From NCBI GenBank assembly GCA_032718475.1, contig JAUCBJ010000119.1:1-44488 (forward strand): DNA of 44,488 bases. The letters run 5' to 3'. The position numbers and the translations under genes were made by a program. Under the pieces are notes generated by a model. That model made no database searches. It worked only from the letters and a program-made list of their open reading frames with translations, and was not told the origin of the DNA. This document shows positions 25,201-36,300 of the stretch, one piece after another. The DNA is from Nemertoderma westbladi (taxonomy: Eukaryota > Animalia > Xenacoelomorpha). Position 1 is the first letter of the stretch. Every line of letters starts with the position of its first letter.

Positions 25201-25549
25201 GCAATTTTGTTGACAAGCCGGCACAGCATTCTTAAAAATGCAGCTGCAATGCAGCATGCCGATCCTAGTAGTAGTAGACGAGGGCAAATTTGATTAATGA
25301 CATCAGAAATGAAGTCACCGACCACAAAAACCCATACAGGGAATTTTAATAGACAAATCGTATGTTTTTTATTGACGGACAGACATACTGACGGACAAAC
25401 CGACAGTAAAACGGACAGACATCAATATCTCGAGAAATAGGACAGATCTTGCTAAGCGGTTTTCAAATTTGTAATCTTGATAAATCTGCTCTAGATGAAA
25501 TTGAAAAAAAAAATTTGAAAAAAATTATTGAAGTAGTGCTACCGGGGCC
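22266..25549. mobile_element. Kolobok-like non-autonomous DNA transposon hosting the RTE insertion
   Basis: ttaa|ggccccgcggtagcgctac ... gtagtgctaccggggcc|ttag; TTAA-type target with GG...CC termini. Confidence 0.6.
23236..25276 (+). mobile_element. 5'-truncated RTE-clade LINE (RT domain, frameshifted)
   Basis: VPVPKKGNL..FRGISL, QNGFRKGRGT, FVDFSKAFDSV, GVIQGDTLAPFLF, LDFADDL, IWKSPRINRKLKVRLF; (TAG)4 tail; TSD gacgagggcaa at 23225-23235 and 25277-25287. Confidence 0.93.
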
Positions 25550-26040
25550 TTAGTGTTTTTCTCTAATTCTCTAATTATATCAACTTTGTACAGTTCTAGA
25601 AAAATTGTCATAGGATCAAAAAGTTGAACTTTCTTGGTTATGCCTGGGATTCACAATTTCAAGTTAAGTGCAAACAAGTTTCTATGTATAAAGTTGATAT
25701 AATTGGAGAAAATTACAAACATACTTATAAGAAAGAAGCACTTTATAGCGTTATGACATTTTATAACACTCGCTTCGTTCAGATAATAAACACACTCTGG
25801 CCGACCTCTAAAAAGTGCTACTTTTTACAAAGTGTATTAATAGTAAATGAAATCAATGTATAAAATAATTGTAAATACATGGATGTTAACGTGTTTATGG
25901 GGTTGAAAAGGAAGGAGAAAAGGTATTGAATACAAGATGAAGAAGGTGGTATAACACGGAAGTTATCAAATCTTACCCAAAAAGAACCAGAGCAAACTAG
26001 AAGATTGGACAACAAAGCAGAGATACAGAGCGATATTGAA

Positions 26041-28170
26041 GGTTAAAGAAGTGGGTGGGGTTGGGTCGTTGGAATTTAAAGGAGTGGGTGGGGCAGGGTC
26101 GTCGGAGTTTAAAGGAGCGGGTGGGGCAGGGTCGTTGGAATTTAAAGGAGTGGGTGGGGCAGGGTCGTTGATTTTAAAGGAGTGAATGGGGCAGGGTTGT
26201 CGGAGGTTGAAGGAGTGGGTGGGGCAGGGTCGTCGGAGTTTAAAGGAGCGGGTGGGGCAGGGTGGTCGGACGGCAGGGTTGTTGGAGGTTAAAGGAGTGG
26301 GTGGGGCAGGGTCGTCGGAGTTTAAAGGAGCGGGTGGGGCAGGGTCGTTGGAATTTAAAGGAGTGGGTGGGGCAGGGTTGTCTGATTTTAAAGGAGTGAA
26401 TGGGGCAGGGTTGTCGGAGGTTGAAGGAGTGGGTGGGGCAGGGTAGTCGGGGGTTAAAGGAGTGGGTAGGGCAGGGTTGTCTGATTTTAAAGGAGTGAAT
26501 GGGGCAGGGTGGTCGGAGGTTGAAGGAGTGGGTGGGGCAGGGTTGTTGGAGGTTAAAGGAGTGGGTGGGGCAGGGTCGTCGGAGTTTAAAGGAGCGGGTG
26601 GGGCAGGGTCGTTGGAATTTAAAGGAGTGGGTGGGGCAGGGTTGTCTGATTTTAAAGGAGTGAATGGGGCAGGGTTGTCGGAGGTTGAAGGAGTGGGTGG
26701 GGCAGGGTCATTGGAGTTTAAAGGAGTGAGTGGGGCAGGGTTGTCTGATTTTAAAGGAGCGAATGGGGCAGGGTTGTCGGAGGTTGAAGGAGTGGGTGGG
26801 GCAGGGTAGTCGGGGGTTAAAGGAGTGGGTGGGGCAGGGTTGTCTGATTTTAAAGGAGTGAATGGGGCAGGGTTGTCGGAGGTTGAAGGAGCGGGTGGGG
26901 CAGGGTTGTTGGAGGTTAAAGGAGTGGGTGGGGCAGGGTCGTCGGAGTTTAAAGGAGCGGATGGGGCAGGGTCGTTGGAATTTAAAGGAGTGGGTGGGGC
27001 AGGGTTGTCTGATTTTAAAGGAGTGAATGGGGCAGGGTTGTCGGAGGTTGAAGGACTGGGTGGGGCAGGGTAGTCGGGGGTTAAAGGAGTGGGTGGGGCA
27101 GGGTTGTCTGATTTTAAAGGAGTGAATGGGGCAGGGTTGTCGGAGGTTGAAGGAGCGGGTGGGGCAGGGTTGTCGGAGGTTAAAGGAGTGGGTGGGGCAG
27201 GGTAGTCGGAGTTTAAAGGAGCGGGTGGGGCAGGGTCGTTGGAATTTAAAGGAGTGGGTGGGGCAGGGTTGTCTGATTTTAAAGGAGTGAATGGGGCAGG
27301 GTTGTCGGAGGTTGAAGGAGTGGGTGGGGCAAGGTAGTCGGGGGTTAAAGGAGTGGGAGGGGCAGGGTTGTCGGAGTTTAAAGGAGTGAGTGTGGCAGGG
27401 TTGTCGGAGGTTGAAGGAGTGGATGGGGCAGGGTCATTTGAGTTTAAAGGAGTGAGTGGGGCAGGGTTGTCGGAGGTTGAAGGAGTGGGTGGGGCAGGGT
27501 CATTTGAGTTTAAAGGAGTGGCTGGGGCAGGGTTGTCGGAGTTTAAAGGAGTGAGTGGGGCAGGGTTCGTCGGAGTTTTAAGTAGTGAGTGGGACAGGGT
27601 TGTCGGATGTCGAAGGAGTGGGTGGGGCAGGGTCGTCGGAGTTTAAAGGAGTGAGTGGGGCAGGGTCGTTGGAGTTTAAAGGAGTGGGTGGGGCAGGGTT
27701 GTCTGATTTTAAAGGAGTGAGTGGGGCAGGGTTGTCGGAGGTTGAAGGAGTGGGTGGGGCAGGGTCAGTCGGAGGTTAAAGGAGTGGGTGGGGCAGGGTT
27801 GTCGGAGTTTAAAGGAGTGAGTGGGGCAGGGTTGTCGGAGGTTGAAGGAGTGGGTGGGGCAGGGTCATTGGAGTTTAAAGGAGGGGGTGGGGCAGGGTCG
27901 TCGGAGTTTAAAGGAGTGGCTGGGGCAGGATTGTCGGAGTTTTAAGAAGTGATTGGGGCAGGGTTGTCGGATGTCGAAGGAGTGGGTGGGGCAGGGTCAT
28001 TGGAGTTTAAAGGAGTGAGTGGGGCAGGGTTGTCGGAGGTCAAAGGAGTGGGTGGGACAGGGTCATTGGAGTTTAAAGGAGTGAGTGGGGCAGGGTTGTC
28101 GGATGTTGAAGGAGTGGGTGGGGCAGGGTTGTCCGAGGTTGAAGGAGTGGGTGGGGCGAGGGTCGTTGGA
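26041..28170. repeat. G-rich 33-bp minisatellite, about 64 copies
   Basis: Unit ggagtgggtggggcagggttgtcggagtttaaa with variant types; translates as GVGGAGLSEFK (+) or LNSDNPAPPTP (-), both frames interrupted. Confidence 0.97.
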
Positions 28171-29742
28171 GGAGGATAGGGTTTGGGGGCAAGGTTAACT
28201 GCGTCTGTTGTTGTTATGCAAACCATGCGTTCATGGCATGACTTATTTGATACATCAGATTTAACTACCACCAATGTTCTTGATATTGTTAAGGAGTTTA
28301 CATGGTGCAGCAACTCTTCTGAACTTGCAGATTGCATCAGTGAGCAGCATGTCAGCAATCCGGCATTGAGTAACTGTGACATGGTCTGTGGTGATTCTCA
28401 AGAAGATAAAAACAATCTATGCAATTCTGATACTGATTCGGGAAATGTTTCTGGTAAAGATGATATGGATGTATTTTCAAGTAACTGAATTTGAATTTGA
28501 GTCAGAATCAGCTTATACAAATTATAGCAAGAAAACGAAACGTAACGTTCTTAATGAATGTCCTTCATGAACCACTTTCAATTGTATATTGCAAATGTAT
28601 ATCAAGTTGTTTATCAGGAAAATTTGTCATAAAATTATATATTCGATTTGATTTCTTATTGTTTGTTGAAATAATAGTATAGGGCATGTGTAGGCAGTGA
28701 GGGCTCGCCATTCTGCTTTAAAACACGATTACTAAAGTATTTGATTTCCAAATTGGCACATTCGACATATATATTCTACTTACTTAAAATTAATCTCTAC
28801 TTTTTAGGTGACAATGAATTCCTAGTCCCCATTTTGAACCATGCCACACATACTGCTGCGTTTGGTCAAAATGTTAAATTAGATCACAACATATTAATTA
28901 CATTGTAGATTCCAGTCCCCACATTGAACAACAGCACCCATACTACAACGAGTGTTTGGAATGTTATATTAACTGTATGGAAAAGGGGACACTTGAAACT
29001 ATCGCATTATACTGGGGTCAGTGAAATTTTCAAAACTCAAACACAAATTTACACACGTATTTGACAGGTTTGGGTGGAACAGGGGACATCGCCGAAATGA
29101 TCTGAAATTTTCAGAATCCATTAATTTTAGTACGTAGATTCCATTTTTGATATCTTTTCATTCCGGGGACGTCCCCGGATTGTAGATCGTCCCCGGTTTG
29201 TGGCTGTGTATTCATGCAATTGTCCCCTGTTTGAACCAGTTCACCTACACACACACACACACGTCACACACAGACTTTTGAAAAACGGCCATAGTATAAT
29301 TATATCAGTTCGCTGATCCATACGTGTCTCGCCCCACATTGTAATGTATTAGCCCGACAGCTGAATAGCTCTTCCCAGTGAATCCTATGGGAATATCTAA
29401 AGGGTTACTCACTGCTATGTTAGGTGGGACACAAACTGATTGAATTATAAGCACTGGGCCGTTCAAATGTTTTATAGGTTAATAATAATGACATTTAGGG
29501 CCTGGGATTTCTCTCTCTCAGACTGTAAGCAAAGCTGTTCGGGATGGGACCCATCTACACAGCCATACCCATACAAGTGTAAGAATTAAGCTCTTGGCCT
29601 CTTGGCATTATATTAAACCAAACCATTATTAAGAGAAAGCGCCCTCTGATTTTGAAGAATATTATTATTAGGTTACATGCATTTAAATGCTTATATTAAA
29701 TTGGTTGCTTCATAGTGATGCCAGTATTGGATATGATTAAAT

Positions 29743-30282
29743 TGTTAGCTTATTCAATCCCGCTAACCCAAACCCATGGGGTGGGCCGTTGGGCAATATT
29801 GGGGGCCACGAAATTGGGTAATCAATCACTCGTGTCACCCCAACAAAATGGGAAGGAGAAACACACAATGAGGGTCAGGGGCCAAACCCCTAACAGAGAG
29901 AGAATAGGTGGAGTGAACGGGAACACTCCAAAGGGCGCCAACAAGGGTATCAACCAATCAGAGGGGGGAAAGGCATCGGCTAGGTAGAGTAACAAGGCCA
30001 ACCCGTGCAATATAACCAGTTGGCAGTAATCATTTCATTCAGTTATCTCAGTGTTAGTTATTGGTGTTACAGTAGTAATAGTTTAGCTAGGGAAGTACCG
30101 GGACTTCAATTACCGTATCCCGCCTTCCATGTACAACAACATTATTATTATATCATATCTATATCTATATACCCAAGTATTATACACATCGAACAACCGA
30201 AACTCTTTTACTCTTCACACACGGCGGGGACGCGTGAACTGACAAACCGGATAAGCCGGGATCCTATCTGGATCCCGTCACA
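29743..30282 (+). repeat. 5' LTR
   Basis: tgttagc...cccgtcaca; TATAA at 30011, Inr-like TCATTC/TCAGTT at 30035-30044; 5 substitutions versus the 3' LTR by eye. Confidence 0.97.
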
Positions 30283-30292
30283 GTAATTGAAT
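30283..30292 (+). promoter_or_regulatory. Non-canonical primer-binding site (GTAATTGAAT), complementary to LTR sequence
   Basis: Directly follows the 5' LTR and lacks TGG. Pairs with 30037-30046 (10/10 including 2 G-U) and with 30105-30113 (9/9 Watson-Crick). Confidence 0.5.
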
Positions 30293-30350
30293 CAGAGCTG
30301 CCGCCCTAGTTAAACTCAGTGACTACCAGCCACCAACCTATACAAGAGAG

Positions 30351-33300
30351 ATGAGTCAGTCAGGAGAAGTGACACCGACGCGGACTCCGGACGACGATCT
30401 AACGATCCGCGAGGCCGCGACCAGACGGTATAGGCCCACGACGCCGGACCCATCGGTAATGGGTCACCCGGCAGTTCAGGACGAGGGGGGCCGTCTGGAG
30501 CCGTAGGTCGAGCCGAGAGAAGGGGAGAGCGAGACGGAGGGAGAAGGAGACGAGTCGACACGGGACGTGGGTCGACGTACCGATGTCGCCGGCCAGCCAC
30601 AGGCCGAGGGTGACGAACGGCCCACCGGAACGGCGATGGTGGGGCCGACGGTACGACGTCGGACCCGGAGAGATGGAGCAGATGTCGGTACCGATGTCGC
30701 CGGTCAGCCACAGACCGAGGGCGATGGATGGCCCACCGAAACGGCGACGGTGGGGCCGCCGGTACGACGTCGGACCCGGAGAGACGGAAGGGAGGTCGGC
30801 GACGAGGACGTCGGGGTTTCTGATCGACTTCGACGGGCCTACAACGCGACCCAGAAACTACTAAAGGAGGCCAAAGAGGGGGCAAAGATAGACGAGGTGA
30901 GACTGAGGAAACGACTAGGTGAGTCGAATAGACACTTTAATTATCTAATGCGCTTCGGGCAAATAGAACTGGCTAAGGAGAGAGCGAGAGGGGTTGCCGA
31001 GGAACTGTGTGACTTATGGCGGTGTAGGGGTATGGAACCTAGCGTAGTGTACGTAGGGCCATACTTAGTCGATGGCCGGGGAGTAAAATTAGTGGGTTGG
31101 AGGGGACCTGAAGGGAGCGAATCCGAGGTTAACCCCGAGGATTCGGCCTTGTCGGTCGGAGGAAGTTCCGGGAGGTGGGGGAAAGTTAGTAGGACGGGAA
31201 GGCGGAGGGAATCCGTCACAACCGATAAGTCTGCTACATCCTCCGTAAAAGAAAGACGGGTGAGAGAGATAAATGCCACGTACCATCTCGACCTGATAGC
31301 GCAAGGTCAAAGGGAAATAGATAAACGGTTAGAGGAGGGGAGAATGCTGCTAGAGAGGGAAACGGCATTGATTAGAGAAACCGGAGAGAGGGCCGAAAGG
31401 GCCGTGAAAAGCCTTAGGGAGTGTGAGGAAATAGAGAGGAGGGAACAAGAAGAGCGTGAGGCGGAACGTAAGGAACGTGTAGCGAGAGAGAAAAGCGAAC
31501 GCAAAGAACGTGAGGCGAGAGAGGAAAACGAGAGCAAAGAACGTGAGGCGAGAGAGGAAAACGAGCGCAAAGAACGTGAGGCGAGAGAGGAAAACGAGCG
31601 CAAAGAACGTGAGGTGAGAGAGGAGGGTGAACGCAGAGAGCGTGAGGCGAGACGAAGGGAGGGAGCTAGAAGAGAGTTGAAATTGGCCGAGCAGAGCAAA
31701 CGGGAGTGTAGGGAGAGAATGGCAAGGGAGGAGTGTGAGCGAAAAGAATTAGAGAGACGCCAAGGTGAGCTTATGGAGCATAAGATTAGACGCACGCGCG
31801 AGCTGCAACTGGCGCGGGCGGGGGCGTCTGAGAGCGGGGCTGGCTCGAGTATTTTAGGGGAGCCAGGGGCCGTGGATACATTTATTAATACCCCACTTAC
31901 AGGGACAGCACAACAGACCCAAAACTGGTGTGACCGTACGGGCGGGGGGGGGGGGGGGGGGGGGGGGGGTAATAACAATAATGCTACAGTAGACGTCGTT
32001 AATATTAATAGTACCGTATTAGATAACTCTAACCAAACCTTTATTGCAGGAAATACTTTGCCTAGTGGTAGTAATTTAAATTTAAATCAGAACGATTCTA
32101 ATATTAACGTAGGAAATAATCCGAACAATGTAGTTACGCAATATAATCCAAATAATTTAAATAACGATCCAAACCAGAATTTACAAAATAATTCAAATAA
32201 CGTAGTTACGCAAAATAATCCAAATAATTTAAATAATGATCCAAGCCCGAATTTACAAAATAATTCAGATAGTGTAGTCGCGCAAAATAATTCAAATGAT
32301 TTTATTTCGAACGAACAAAATAATTCCGTTTCTAATATGGGTGCTATTAACGTGAACACGTCGGGCGTGTATGGCCAGGCAGATGGGGGCCTGGTAGGTC
32401 GTACAATTGGTAGGCCGAAGGTGGCGGGGTTGAGCCAACCCGAAGGGGGCCTGGCGGGCCACTCAGTTAGTAGGCCGGAGGTGGCGGGGTTGAGCCAACC
32501 CGGAGAAGGCCTGGTAGGCCACGTAGTTGGTAGGCAGGGAGTGGCTGGGTTGGGTAGACCCAGCAAGGGCTGGTAGGCCACGTAGCTGGTAGGCAGGGAG
32601 TGGCTGGGTTGGGTAGACCCAGCGAGGACCTGGTAGGCCATGTAGTTGGTAGGCAGGGAGTAGAGGGCCTGGTAGGCCACGCAATAGCGGAGGGAGAGGC
32701 GGGGGTGAATGGGCCCGACTGTGGTAGGGTTGATGTGTCGACTAGAGGGGGATATAGCAGCGGGGTGAGAGATAGCGAGGTTAGATGTGGCGAGTGGGGG
32801 GGGGGGGGGCTACAGGGGCCCCACAACAGCGAGTTAGCGGCGAAAAGGGGGGGGGCAGAGAGTGCCCCACAGGCGTCAACGGATAATGCGCGGGCCGAAG
32901 TAGGTAAACCGCAACACCCGGCGACGGAAAGTAATAGGGGGATTGCGAGTATCCCCAGCGGCGTGCGACCGAGCAGAGAGAGACAGGTTGACGTCGTGAG
33001 AGGGCGGACGAAGCGTCGAGCCCGATCAGAAGAGGGAAGAAGAGTAGTGGAATTTAACCGGGAGGTCGACGAGAGATCTCACGAGCGGGAATACTCCACT
33101 GAAAGGAGAAGAAGAGAAGACAGTAGTAGAAGTATCGCCGCGAACGATAGAAGAGCGAGGACGGATAGCGAGCCGTCGGTAGTCGAGATGAGAACAGAGA
33201 GTCAGTGGGGTCGAACTCCGGGAGATTGCCGTCGCCCCGGAGAGATGCGACCTGGCGAGGCGCATTACGCGCCGAGAGAGGGGTACACGATGTACCGTTA

Positions 33301-36300
33301 CGAAGATGAGAGCAGTAGAGGGGGTCGAAGAGAAACCTTCCGACGGGATATACCTACCGACCGAGAATACGGTAGCCGCGGAGAGGACTATTCGAGAAGA
33401 ATAAACTTCGATCCCGAGCGACACATGCAGATGGTAGGACATACTGTAGACATACGTACAAGTATACACGGGAGGCCCAGCATACGATATCGTGAGGCAA
33501 TATCAAGGCATAGAGGGCGGCTTCACGACAGCATGGCGGGCACTGGACAGGGAATACGGGCACCCGGCCAAGATCATCAGGCAGACACTGAGAGGCATAA
33601 CATCGGGTGGCCTACAGGATAATCCCGTTAGCATTAAGACGTTCGCTAACAAAGTCGAAAAGGCGCTAATCGTGCTGAAGACGCTAGACGCGCCATACGA
33701 GCTCAACGCGTCCAATAACATCACCACGATAGCGCAGGCACTACCGAACTGGCTGCGCAACAAGTGGAGGAAAATCGCTTTCTCCACTCGAGATAGGAAG
33801 GGTGCGGAACCGGGTTTAGAAGAAATGTCAAACTTCTTAAATTACGAAGCTGAACTAATAACCGACCCAGTCTATAGTGAAGATAGCCTGGGAAAGGGAC
33901 CGAAGGCGGATTATCATAGACCGAAACCAGAGCACAACACGTCAAACGCATTACCAAAGCTAAGGCAATCACTGCCATACGCAGCGACGCAGGAGACTGC
34001 AAGTCCACAGGTAGTCGAAGGTAAGACCACACCATGGAACGGACAGGGGAAAAATAACAACACAAATAAATATAACCCCAGTACGTCCAGTAGGCCGAAC
34101 CCAAGCAATAAGAATAGTAGGGACTTTGGTACAAACACAGCTGCGATACGCGATGCACTGTATAAGGACGGCTACAACCAAAATAGCAAATGCCAGCTAC
34201 ATACAAATGCGCTTCATAAAACCATGAACTGCAGGTACTGGCAAGCGCTACCCAGAGAAGATCAGGTAGAATATGCGGCGTGAAATGAGATCGGCTCGCG
34301 ATGAGTGGACATAGGGCTAGGCAGTGCAAGGAGACGCCGGTCAAGTTCGGTCAAAGGAGAGGCCAAACAATGGCAACGAGCACGGTAGGGGCGAAGAAGA
34401 GAGGAACGGTGCTACTTGGGGTAGTACCAGTGCGAGTGATTGGAGAAGGCAATCGATCAGTAACCACACTGATGCTGGTTGATAGTGGAGCTGCCTTCAC
34501 ACTAGTCGAGGAATGGGTGGCCGAAGAGATAGGATTGAGAACGAGGCCAAGCAGAATGGCGGTAACAACCATCTCTAGCAAAGATGAGATCCTGGAGATG
34601 AGAACCGGACGGTGCGCAATTGCAGCGGTGGCACCGGGATGCGACTACGGGGCAACCATCGACCCCATCCAAGTGATAGAGTCAATTAATATCAATGCCA
34701 GGCGGCCAACCAACATCGAGGTCGAGCAATATAAATTCCTGGACGACATTGACTTCTCAATCCCAGAAGTGGACGTTAGGAAAGTATCCATCATAGTAGG
34801 AATGGACTGCCCAACGGCCCACGAAAGAATGCAAACGGTCTTCGGCGAAGACAAACAGTGTGACCCGGTGGCGATATTAACACCATTCGGGTGGACGCTG
34901 AGTGGCCCAATCAAGAGCAAGATACCATTTAGGATGTCGGAGACATCAGGATGCATGTTCGCGGGAACAATGCAGGAAATGGGTGATGAGGGAGCAGAGG
35001 AGCAGCTTAAGAGACTGCTCAGACAAGATTTCGAGGGACTAAAGGAGACCGGGGTCGGGACCGCGGTAGAAGACAAGCAGGCTTTACAAAGTGTGGAGGA
35101 ATCGATGACATGCGATGAGGGACGGTATACCATAGGGATGGTATGGAAGCTACCGAAGCTACCGTTACCCGATAATAGAGGGATGGTACTCACGAGGCTT
35201 CGAAGTTGAAGCAGACACTAAAACGGAGCCCCGAGAAGAATGAGTACATCCACAGAACCATTAAGAAGTACGTCGAGAAAGGATGGGCCGTGGAGTTACC
35301 GGTCGACGAACCAAACACGGATAGGACCTATTACCTGCCACTCCACGTGGCCTTAGATCCAAAGAAAGGTAAACCACGGATGGTGGTAGACGCGTCGGCA
35401 AAGACCAACGGAAAGTGTCTAAACGACTATCTGCTAGAGGGTCCCAACATTTACAACTCAGGGATAGAGGTCCTACTTAGATTTAGAAATGGGAAACACG
35501 CCTTCACCTGTGACATAGAAGGCATGTTCAACCAAGTCCGTGTAACGGAAGAAGATAGCGACAGTCAACGCTTCTTATGGTACGACGGCGATGAGGAACC
35601 GTCGACCATACCGATGTATAAGATGATAGTACAGAATATGGGAGCCAAGTCGTCTTCATTTACAACGACTATAGCGGTAAGAGACACGGTAAAGGGAAAG
35701 GAAGATAAATGTAGCACTAGAGCCGTCGACATGATTCGACGCGGCTTCTACGTAGACGATGGGATGGAGTCTGGAAATACGGTTAAGGAGCTGCTGGGCG
35801 CGAGGTTCGCGACATCCTTAAGGGATCCGGCTTTAACCTAACCAAATTCCAATCCAGTTCTGAGGAATTTATCAAGGCGATAGAGGATAGGAGACCTGAA
35901 TCGACCATGGATAATCCCGCAACAACCAAGGGGCAGGACATGGCAAAGAAGAGGATAGAGTCTCAACAGAAGGTACTGGGAATCGTGTGGGACAAAGAGA
36001 CAGATGAACTGAAGTACCAGTTAAGCCAGGAGGGCGCAGACATCCACACAAAGAGGGGCTATGTGTCGTACATAGCAAGGATATACGATCCCCTAGGCCT
36101 AGCATCCCCATTACTAGTCACGGGAAAACAGATACTCAAGAGAGTATACAAATTAAAGGACGAGTGGGACGCAGAGGTCCCGGAAGAGATTAGAAAGCAG
36201 TGGCATAAGTGGACGGAGAGCCTGGAGCAGATGGGAACATACAGCATGCCGCGAGTGTATTTCATGGATGGGAACATGACGAGCCTGGACCTACACATGT

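Noticed and set aside
29715-30286. Short ORFs repeated at 41936-42558
   Set aside because: They are translations of the two LTR copies with no protein features.
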